From Leptolyngbyaceae cyanobacterium SM2_5_2 (GTDB lineage: Bacteria; Cyanobacteriota; Cyanobacteriia; Phormidesmidales; Phormidesmidaceae), in NCBI GenBank assembly GCA_012031045.1, contig JAAUUR010000001.1:1-41584 (forward strand): a stretch of DNA of 41,584 nt. Reading direction: 5' to 3'. Numbering within the stretch: position 1 is the stretch's first letter; the number at the start of each line of letters is the position of its first letter. Under the pieces are notes generated by a model that did no database searches, was not told the DNA's origin, and saw nothing but the letters and a program-made list of their open reading frames with translations. The position numbers and the translations under genes were made by a program. Shown in pieces: positions 34,117-41,584 of the stretch.

Positions 34117-34957
34117 TACTCGGCTAACCGATATTGACGGGTGATATAAGGATGAGAGACTGAGGAAAACCTTAGACGTCCCATGCCTACTAAATACACC
34201 GTTAGCCTAACCGCCGCAGAACGCAACGACCTCGACAAACTAACCCGTCAAGGTACCCTGTCAGCTCGCAAGCTCAAGCGAGGGCAAATTCTGCTCCTTG
34301 CCGACGAAGGTGATGATGACGCCACGATTGCCCAGATGCTGCATGTTGGGGAATCCACCGTTCATTGCATCCGCCAACGCTGTGTGGAGGAAGGCCTAGC
34401 CCCCGCCTTATCAGAACGCCCTCGGCGGCGCCCCGGAACGCTATGACTACAATACATCCGTGAAGGCACTTGCAATTTATTTGGCTTTTTCCAACCCTGA
34501 CAAGGATGGCGGCATCTCAAAGTCACTGAGCATCGAACTGCCAAAGACTTCGCCCTGTGTATGCAATACCTCGTCGATGTCCTGGTCCCTGACGCTACCG
34601 ACATTCAGGTTGTCCTCGACAATCTCAAGACCCATACTCCAGCGGCTCTCTATCAGACATTCCCGCCCCCAGGGAAGCCCGGCGAATTCTCGACCGAGGG
34701 CAGTTCCACTACACCCCCAAGCACGGCAGTTGGCTCAACATGGTTGAACTTGAATTCTCTGTGCTCTCGCGGCAATGTCTCAATCGCCGCATTCCTTCCG
34801 TTGACGTCCTGACGCGAGAAGTCTCGGCTTGGGAAGACGATCGTAATGCCCAAAACGCTAGGGTCAATTGGCAGTTCTCAGCCGCTGATGCCCGCTCCCG
34901 GCTGGCGCGTCTTTACCCCACTCCTAGCCTGTCATAATTACCTTGGCAGAATACTAG
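34113..34957 (+). mobile_element. IS630 family element, internally deleted, both ends present
   Basis: CTAGTACTCGGCTAA...TTGGCAGAATACTAG imperfect IRs. HTH ORF 34183-34446, then VVLDNLKTH and HYTPKHGSWLNMVE fragments in broken frames. Confidence 0.85.
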
Positions 34958-35050
34958 TTTACATCCCTGGAGTTCGCAATGATTCGACCCGCCACGCCCG
35001 ATAACACATAAGCACTACCTGTTTTAGCCAACTCGCTTAGCATTCAGTGG

Positions 35051-35506
35051 CTACCCAAAATATCGTTGATGCTCTGCGGAGGCCAGCCAATAGGTGCTAG
35101 CAGGTTCAATTTGAGTGACGATGGGCCTGGGGTAGTGGCCAGAGGCATCGAGTTGGTTTCGGGACTGACGGGCGGCTTGGCCCTGGGCTGGAGTGTGGAA
35201 GAAAATCACTGAGCGGTACTGCTCGCCGCGATCAGCCCCCTGACGGTTGAGGCTGGTGGGGTCATGGATGCGCCAGAAGGTATCCAGCAGGGTGGTGTAG
35301 GGGGTAGCCGCAGGGTCGAACTGCACCTGACAGACTTCGGCATGGCCAGTGATGCGCGAGAGCACATCCAGGTAGCAGGGGTTCTCGAAGTGGCCGCCCA
35401 TGTAGCCCACGGAGGTGTCGATGATGCCGTTGAGTTTGCGAAAGGCGGCTTCTACCCCCCAGAAGCAACCGGCTCCAAAGGTGGCGAGTTCAGTGGTTGG
35501 GGTCAT
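35051..35506 (-). CDS. msrA: Peptide-methionine (S)-S-oxide reductase
   Basis: [33 protein letters not shown]. Confidence 0.93.
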   Translation of the reverse strand: MTPTTELATFGAGCFWGVEAAFRKLNGIIDTSVGYMGGHFENPCYLDVLSRITGHAEVCQVQFDPAATPYTTLLDTFWRIHDPTSLNRQGADRGEQYRSVIFFHTPAQGQAARQSRNQLDASGHYPRPIVTQIEPASTYWLASAEHQRYFG

Positions 35507-35531
35507 GCTCTTAGTAGCTCTGCCAACCAAG

Positions 35532-36629
35532 CTAGCCGCATTGTCCAGGCGCTGGGGGCTGGCCGTTGGCATCCACGGCATTAAAGCGCTCCAGGCGGTG
35601 GCGCAGGTGGGGCGGTAGGTGGGAGAAGTCAATTTGGGGGTCGCCGGCGGCAATGGTGGCCCAAAAATGGCGTAGGCTGGGCGCAATCGCCTCTGCTTCA
35701 GCCAGAGAAAGATTAATCGGCGGGCTGATCAGAAACTTGGTCATAAAGCTCCCAGCCCGTTCACACATCCACTCGTAGGACATGGCCTGCAAATCTTCCC
35801 AGGGGTCAACAGTCTGCAACCGGTGGGATTGCACTTCTACCCGCAGGAGGTGGCCAGCGTCATCCTGCTCGACCTCTAGCAGGCGGTAGGGGTGGGGATA
35901 GCTGACAATGGAGCCGGTCAGCACTTCGCAGAGGTCACCCTGGCGGGCGATGTCCTGCACATGCAGGTGCCCGGTGAACATCAGCCGCACGCCAGCGGTC
36001 TGCAAGCGGTCAATCAACGCCTGGCGGTTATGTACCATGTAGCGCTGCCCCAAAGGGCTGAGGGATTGACCCGGTAAGTGCTCCAGCACGTTGTGGTGCA
36101 GCATCACCATCACCAGGTCGTCTTGAAACTGGGGCAAGCTTTCTTCTAACCAGGCCAGTTGCTCCTCATCCACATAGCCAACGCCAATCTGCTGGCCATC
36201 CTCCTCAAAGGCGTTGGAGTTCAGGCCAATCAGCCGCACGCCAGGAAGAATCTCTTGCTGGTAATGCAGCGTTTTGCCGTCTGCATAGCCAAAGTCTTGG
36301 TACAGGCGGGGAAAGTCCTGCAGGCCGATGGCCCGATCGCTGGCCTCGCGGGCAATTACATCGTGATTACCCGGCACCACATAGGCCGGAAAGGGTAGCC
36401 TTTGCAACCGCTCAAGCAGCCACTGGTGGTTGACCCATTCGCCATGCTGGGTGAGGTCACCAGGCAGCAGCAGAAAGTCTAAATCCAGGCTTTCCAAATG
36501 GTCGAAGATTTGCTCAATGCCGGGAATGCTCACCTCCACCAGATGAAACCGACGAGCATGATCAGGGATTGTTTCTGGCCGAGCGATGTGAGGGTCGCTG
36601 ATGATGGCGAAGCGAAAGCACTGTCCCAT
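35532..36629 (-). CDS. Calcineurin-like metallophosphoesterase
   Basis: ISDPH, PGDLT, PGNHD, HH, TGHLH motifs. Confidence 0.88.
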   Translation of the reverse strand: MGQCFRFAIISDPHIARPETIPDHARRFHLVEVSIPGIEQIFDHLESLDLDFLLLPGDLTQHGEWVNHQWLLERLQRLPFPAYVVPGNHDVIAREASDRAIGLQDFPRLYQDFGYADGKTLHYQQEILPGVRLIGLNSNAFEEDGQQIGVGYVDEEQLAWLEESLPQFQDDLVMVMLHHNVLEHLPGQSLSPLGQRYMVHNRQALIDRLQTAGVRLMFTGHLHVQDIARQGDLCEVLTGSIVSYPHPYRLLEVEQDDAGHLLRVEVQSHRLQTVDPWEDLQAMSYEWMCERAGSFMTKFLISPPINLSLAEAEAIAPSLRHFWATIAAGDPQIDFSHLPPHLRHRLERFNAVDANGQPPAPGQCG

Positions 36630-36787
36630 GATGAAGTTATGTGTGCCTTATTAACAATATCGTTACCAGCCTACCCTGTCGGTCGAGGTTCCACCCACTA
36701 AAAAATCGATTGGATCTTGGGCTAATCCCTGGCATTTGTCAATAGACCTCTCCAGGAAAGATTTTTGATGGGCTTTTAGTAAGGGCT

Positions 36788-37234
36788 TCAGCCCTGATTC
36801 TGACAATTATTGGAGAGGTCTAATGGCACCCGCTCAATCAACGGGCAAATATCCCCCGGTTGTGGGTGGGGTGGGTGACTAGCCCAGCGATCTCGATAGT
36901 GCTCTAGCTCAGTTTTGAAGGCTATCATCCGCTCAATCTGGGTTTCGAGCTGCTGAATTTTTTCCTGCAATAGTGTTTGCACAAACTGGCAGGGCACATT
37001 GCCCTGCTGATGCACATTCAGAATTTCGCTAATGTCTTCTAAGGAAAACCCCAGAGTCTGCGCTTTTTTAATAAACTGCACCTGGTGAATGGCCTCTGGC
37101 ATGTAGTAACGATAGCCATTTTCGCCACGGTCTGAATGTAAGAGGCCCAGGCTCTCGTAGTATCGCAAAGCGCCCACGGCCATGCCAGTCTGTTTAGAGA
37201 GATCGCCAATTTTCAGGCGGGTGGTAACGGTCAT
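36788..37234 (-). CDS. MerR family heavy-metal-responsive regulator
   Basis: IGDLSK...LRYYESLGLL...NGYRYY, AQTLGFSLEDI, VPC and ICPLI cysteines. GGAGG RBS. Confidence 0.9.
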   Translation of the reverse strand: MTVTTRLKIGDLSKQTGMAVGALRYYESLGLLHSDRGENGYRYYMPEAIHQVQFIKKAQTLGFSLEDISEILNVHQQGNVPCQFVQTLLQEKIQQLETQIERMIAFKTELEHYRDRWASHPPHPQPGDICPLIERVPLDLSNNCQNQG

Positions 37235-37268
37235 AACGTACCCTCCAACTCATCAACCTTCCAGAATA

Positions 37269-37292
37269 AACCCTCTAGTCTACTAGAGGGTT
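37269..37292. promoter_or_regulatory. MerR-type operator palindrome
   Basis: AACCCTCTAGT-CT-ACTAGAGGGTT, a perfect 11-2-11 dyad 35 bp upstream of the MerR start, abutting TATTCT on the minus strand. Confidence 0.75.
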
Positions 37293-37627
37293 ATGATACC
37301 AGGATAGGGCATTCGCTAGGAATAGGGCTGTAAGGCCGACAGAACTGGCGTTTTTACCACATCATCGGTGGCCAGGGTGCCGTCATAGCCAGTGGCCATG
37401 GCACGATACGTTGCGGTTTTGTCAATTCTATAAAGATAGTTAAATATTTAATCCGATCTGGGAATAAAAGCTTGATTAAGCCGTCAGATTTGTTGGGATA
37501 GAGTCATGCTGATGCTCTTCCATCAGAGGCATCATAACGATCTAAACCCAGAGAGAGCTAGGCCTGGGCCTAGCTGTCGGCTGCTTAGGCGGCTCTACCC
37601 ATTTCTCTGAAACTGCTTGAAATCGTC

Positions 37628-38581
37628 ATGATATCACTCCGTAGGGGCTGTAGTTGGAATAAAAAACTGGGCCGATTCAGCACGGCACTACTGGTTGGAG
37701 GCATCTTAAGCACAGTGCTGATGCCGTTGGGGTCAACTTTGGCGACTGGGGCTCTACAATCCTCACCGGTGGAGCCGTCTGCGGAGGTTGCCATGAGCTT
37801 AGGTATTAAGCAAGGCGTCGCTGAGGCTAGCCCACCGGCGGTGCCGCCGTTGCCAGCCTCGGTGCCGCCAGCCATTGGGCCTGAAGAAACCGGCATTGTG
37901 GGGCTAACTCCTGGCCCCGTTGATGACGTTGGTGTGGGTCACCTCCACCCTAGCAACGTCACCTCTCTGCTGGGCAGTAATTGGCGCAGTAGCCCTATCC
38001 TCCATGCCAGTTGGCTGCGCTCCATTGCGCTGCCTATCTACATCGGCCCCAATGGCGACCACTGGGGTTGGCTGATTAATGGCTGGCTGATTCCCAATGG
38101 TTCTGGCCCCATTGCCGTGGGTCGCGATGCCACCTTTTCTATGGTGCAGGCTGATCGCGGCTTGTACAGCTTTCCAGTGCTGGAAGTACGCCCCGATGGC
38201 TGGTTTCGCTTTCAGTACACGCCGGCGGGTTCGGCCTGGGCCCATACAGCGCATCTCAATGTCGGCGCGCTTTCCCTCACCATCGAACCCTGGGAAGAGC
38301 AAATCCAGGAAGCCTACCAGGTGGAGTTTCGTAAACACGGTCTGTCGCAACCGCTGCGGTCGGTGCCCAGGGGCAGTGGCTCACTGCGATCGCTGGTTGT
38401 CCCCAACAGCCTGATTCGCCCCCTGGAGGTGCAAGGGGATTGGGTGCGTGTCCAGGTGGTTCAACCCGTACGAGGCTGTACCCCTCTACCCGGCTCAACC
38501 ACAGACGAGGGTTGGATGCGCTGGCGCGATACCCGGCAAACGCTGCTGGTTTGGTTTAGCACCGAGGACGGGTGTGAGTAG
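37628..38581 (+). CDS. Hypothetical exported protein
   Basis: N-terminal signal-like segment, Pro-rich linker, Trp-rich beta/SH3-like segments (VQGDWVRV, GWMRW). Confidence 0.65.
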   Translation: MISLRRGCSWNKKLGRFSTALLVGGILSTVLMPLGSTLATGALQSSPVEPSAEVAMSLGIKQGVAEASPPAVPPLPASVPPAIGPEETGIVGLTPGPVDDVGVGHLHPSNVTSLLGSNWRSSPILHASWLRSIALPIYIGPNGDHWGWLINGWLIPNGSGPIAVGRDATFSMVQADRGLYSFPVLEVRPDGWFRFQYTPAGSAWAHTAHLNVGALSLTIEPWEEQIQEAYQVEFRKHGLSQPLRSVPRGSGSLRSLVVPNSLIRPLEVQGDWVRVQVVQPVRGCTPLPGSTTDEGWMRWRDTRQTLLVWFSTEDGCE

Positions 38582-38593
38582 GGGGTGAGTCTG

Positions 38594-39505
38594 TTATCGA
38601 CTGACCTCCTGACGTTCTTCCCGCAAGTCCTCAATTAGCTGGGCTAACTGGTCGCTACTGGTGTGATATACCTCATTGCAGAAGTGGCAGGTGGCTTCGG
38701 CACCGTTGTCTTTCTCAATCATGTCTTGCAGTTCGTCTTCACCGAGCATTTTCAGCGCCCCCAACATGCGCTTAAAGGAGCAGGGGCAATGAAACTGAAC
38801 CAGTTGAGTTTCGGGCAAAATTTCCATGCCCATGTCGCCCACTAGGTCTTCAAAAATTTGGGGCAGGGTTTTGTGCGCTCGCAGCATCGGGGTAAAGCCC
38901 GTTAACGACGAGAGTCGGCTTTCCAGAGTGCTTACCATTTCCTCGTCTTCGGCAGCCCGGGGGAGAATTTGCAGGAGCAGCCCCCCAGCCGCCTCAACCC
39001 CATTGGCCCCAACGTAAACCCCAAGCACTAAAGCCGATGGCGTTTGTTCAGAGGTGGCCAGGTAGTGGGTGAGGTCGTCGCCAATTTCCCCAGACACCAG
39101 TTCCACCGTGCTGGAGTAGGGGTAACCATAGCCCACATCACGCACCACATAAACATAGCCCTGGCGACCCACGGCGGCTCCTACATCCAGTTTGCCCGCA
39201 GCGTTGGGTGGCAGCTCTATGCCAGGATTATCCACATAGCCGCGCACGGTGCCATCCAGGCCAGCATCTACCAGAATGCCGCCCAGGGGGCCATTGCCGC
39301 GAATCCGAATATTCACTCGAGACTGAGGCCGCTTCATACTAGAGGCCAGCAGCAGCCCCGCCGCCATGGTGCGACCCAGCGCTGCCGTAGCCACGTAGGA
39401 AAGCTGATGCCGCTGGCGGGCAATTTCTGTCAACTTGGTGGTTACTACCCCTACCGCACGAATACCGCCCCCTGCTGCGGTGGCCCGAATCAGTTGATCT
39501 GCCAT
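38594..39505 (-). CDS. hslO: Hsp33 redox-regulated chaperone
   Basis: MADQLIRATAA, SEQTPS, AAGGLLLQ, CPCS...CHFC. Confidence 0.95.
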   Translation of the reverse strand: MADQLIRATAAGGGIRAVGVVTTKLTEIARQRHQLSYVATAALGRTMAAGLLLASSMKRPQSRVNIRIRGNGPLGGILVDAGLDGTVRGYVDNPGIELPPNAAGKLDVGAAVGRQGYVYVVRDVGYGYPYSSTVELVSGEIGDDLTHYLATSEQTPSALVLGVYVGANGVEAAGGLLLQILPRAAEDEEMVSTLESRLSSLTGFTPMLRAHKTLPQIFEDLVGDMGMEILPETQLVQFHCPCSFKRMLGALKMLGEDELQDMIEKDNGAEATCHFCNEVYHTSSDQLAQLIEDLREERQEVSR

Positions 39506-39633
39506 GCGTTGCCCCAAATTCTCTTAACAATCCTTAGCTTTTTTATTGTAAAGGGTTCCTACCCTCCCTCGCTGCTCCAGCTCACCACTCTCTATTTGGC
39601 ATACTAAAGAGGTTCTTTTTCTCACTACCTCTC

Positions 39634-40014
39634 ATGTTTGGCACTTTCCAACAGAGCCGCCTCCGCATTGAAATTGATGCCGCCCAGGGGCAAATTCAGA
39701 CCAGTTTGCTGCAGCCAGGCAAGTTTCGGCAGTGGCTCTGGCCCCAGCGGTTTGCCGAAGGGCTCCCCGATGAGTTATATGCGGGTCTGGTATTTAGCAG
39801 CTATGTGGGGCCAGTGGAAATTCGCCATGAGGTGCAGCAGGTGACCGAAAATCACCTCCGCATGGTGCTATCCGACGGCATTGATGGCTTCCATGAGTGG
39901 TACTGGGGTGATAATTGGGTGCAATCGCGGCTGGAGGGCATTTCGGTATTACCCATTAACTTGGGGCAGAGTTTAACGCTGTTGCGCCTGCGCCAGTATC
40001 TAACCGGTGCCTAG
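39634..40014 (+). CDS. Conserved cyanobacterial hypothetical protein
   Basis: FQQSRLRIE...WLWPQ...GIDGFHEWYWGD.WVQSRLEGIS.LP. Confidence 0.7.
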   Translation: MFGTFQQSRLRIEIDAAQGQIQTSLLQPGKFRQWLWPQRFAEGLPDELYAGLVFSSYVGPVEIRHEVQQVTENHLRMVLSDGIDGFHEWYWGDNWVQSRLEGISVLPINLGQSLTLLRLRQYLTGA

Positions 40015-40127
40015 TATGGAAAGGCAGAAGTAAAAGGCAGAAGTAAGAAGGCAGACAGGGAGTGCCATGCCACGCAGAAGTTGGCGCTTGTAGAAGTAGG
40101 TGGGTTATTGCGGCCATCGAGTATTCG
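40011..40127. mobile_element. MITE, degenerate copy 3
   Basis: CTAGTATG.AAGGCAGAAG...TAGGTGGGTTATT...GAGTATTC. Confidence 0.7.
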
Positions 40128-40158
40128 GCATCGTCCTCCCCCTACTTCCTACCTTTTC

Positions 40159-41339
40159 TTAAAGGGCTGTACTAAACCGAATCTTGAGATAGTCATCTTC
40201 CATTTTGGCGCCAGCCGGTTGTAGTGCTGCTAGGGCTTGAGGCAGAACCAGGTTGCGGCGGTGGTTGCCAATGCGAATATTGAGTTCGTCGGCGGATTTG
40301 CTGAGTTCAATCTTGTCCTTGGGTATGCCGGGCAGGTAAAGCTCCAAACTGTAGTCCTGGCTGTCTTGTACCACGCGCAGGGTAGTTTCTTTGTAGTAGA
40401 CCTGGGTCGGATCTTCCGCCTCATACAGCGTTTCTTTAAGGCGGTGGAGGGCATCCAGGCCACACATTTCTTCTGCAAAGAGGGGCACCTCTTTGACCGG
40501 CAGGGGGCGAAAGTCTTCGTAGATTTCCTGCTTGTACTGCTGCTGCTTTTCCTTCATGCGCTGAAAGAAAGGGTCTTGCACAGCATCGGGGATGATACGG
40601 TTGGCAATTACCAGGTCGGTCCCTACGTTGTAGAGACTCAGGTAAGCGTGGGCACGGAGGGATTCTTTGATCACCATTTTTCAGGATTGGTGATCAGGCG
40701 CACAGAGGTGGTAGCGGCATCGGTGAGAACTTTTTCGAGTTCAATCAGTTGTTCGTAGAACTCGTAGGGCGCGTCCATCACTTCTTTGGTTGGCAGGGAA
40801 AACCCCGCCACCGGACGAAACAGCGGTTCCACCAGGGGACGCAGGACTTCCGAAACGGCCTGGAAGGGTTTGTAGAGCTTGCGCATGTACCAACCTGCGA
40901 CTTCGGGCAAGCTTAATAACCGCAGGGCCGTACCCGTGGGAGCTGAGTCGATGATCAAAACATCATATTCCCCATCGTCGTGGTGGCGCTTCATCCGCAC
41001 CAGGCTAAAAATTTCATCCATGCCAGGTAAAATTGCTAGCTCTTCGGCTTCAATACCCTCTAGTCCACGCGCCTGGAGCACATCGGTAATGTAGCGTTTC
41101 ACAGAACCCCAGTTGCCTTCTAGTTCGCGCAGGGCGTCCAGTTCTGCGCCCCACAGGTTGGGCTGCACCAGGCGAGGGTCGTGGCCCAGTTCCAAGTCAA
41201 AACTGTCGGCTAGGGAGTGGGCTGGGTCAGTGCTGAGCACTAGCGTTTTGTACCCCAGTTCGGCACAGCGCAGCCCTGTTGCTGCGGCTACTGAGGTCTT
41301 GCCAACACCGCCCTTACCCGTCATCAATAAAACCCGCAT
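40159..41339 (-). CDS. ArsA/GET3 family ATPase with C-terminal HSP20-like domain; frameshift near 40678
   Basis: [26 protein letters not shown]|[19 protein letters not shown]. Confidence 0.9.
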
Positions 41340-41420
41340 GTGGGTGGCCTCGCCTTTTTTAATGTTCCCTATTTAACTAATCTATAAGGTTTTCAAGGTT
41401 TTCGCAGGGGCTAAGGGCAT

Positions 41421-41584
41421 TTAGAGTTGGTCAGGCTCAACCCCCAGGGAGCGGAGTTGCTCCGCCAAACGTGCCGCCAGGTCTTCGGCAGTCTCGGCTC
41501 GCTGGCGCTCGGTTTCGGCCCGCTGGCGCTCGGTTTCGGCCCGCTGGCGCTCGGTTTCGGCTCGCTGGCGCTCGGTTTCGGCTC
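41421..41584 (-). CDS. C-terminus of a probable Uma2 family endonuclease-like protein (partial)
   Basis: (AETERQR)n-AETAEDLAARLAEQLRSLGVEPDQL*. Confidence 0.7.
   Translation of the reverse strand, partial: AETERQRAETERQRAETERQRAETERQRAETAEDLAARLAEQLRSLGVEPDQL
41494..41584. repeat. 21-bp coding tandem repeat (at least 4 copies)
   Basis: TCGG(C)(T/C)CGCTGGCGCTCGGTT units encoding the coiled-coil heptad AETERQR. Confidence 0.9.

Noticed and set aside
40159-41339. Arsenic resistance operon
   Set aside because: Single-domain ArsA/GET3 type with an HSP20-like tail and no arsB/C/D/R nearby.

Overview
A cyanobacterial chromosome segment. The evidence is ycf3, gap2, a cyanobacterial-type ppc, sigG and at least ten HIP1 octamers (GCGATCGC). 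The housekeeping backbone holds a DUF1574-type gene, ppc, a five-gene nucleotide-sugar operon, tRNA-Thr(CGT), gatC, ycf3, murB, murC, gap2, fabG, sigG with its anti-sigma, tRNA-Arg(ACG), moaC, msrA, a MerR regulator, hslO and an ArsA/GET3 ATPase. Accessory pieces are an AT-richer AraC/SDR/aldo-keto reductase islet, a decayed tRNA-Thr island (integrase cut by an IS5/IS903-type remnant), two IS630 remnants, three copies of a ~111-bp CTAG-ended MITE, REP-like elements and a pair of peptidoglycan hydrolases. Many conserved or essential genes carry single-base frameshifts, most likely assembly errors. The best leads are: (1) a ZIP metal transporter with a complete cyclic-nucleotide-binding domain inserted in its loop; (2) a GH19 plus M15 endolysin-like cassette with no phage genes or signal peptides; (3) a 96-aa gene with a sequestered RBS and a divergent two-hairpin putative antisense RNA; (4) a MITE family sharing a terminus with the adjacent IS630 and sitting on stop codons; (5) an SDR with a Tat signal. 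All calls come from reading motifs by eye; no searches were run.
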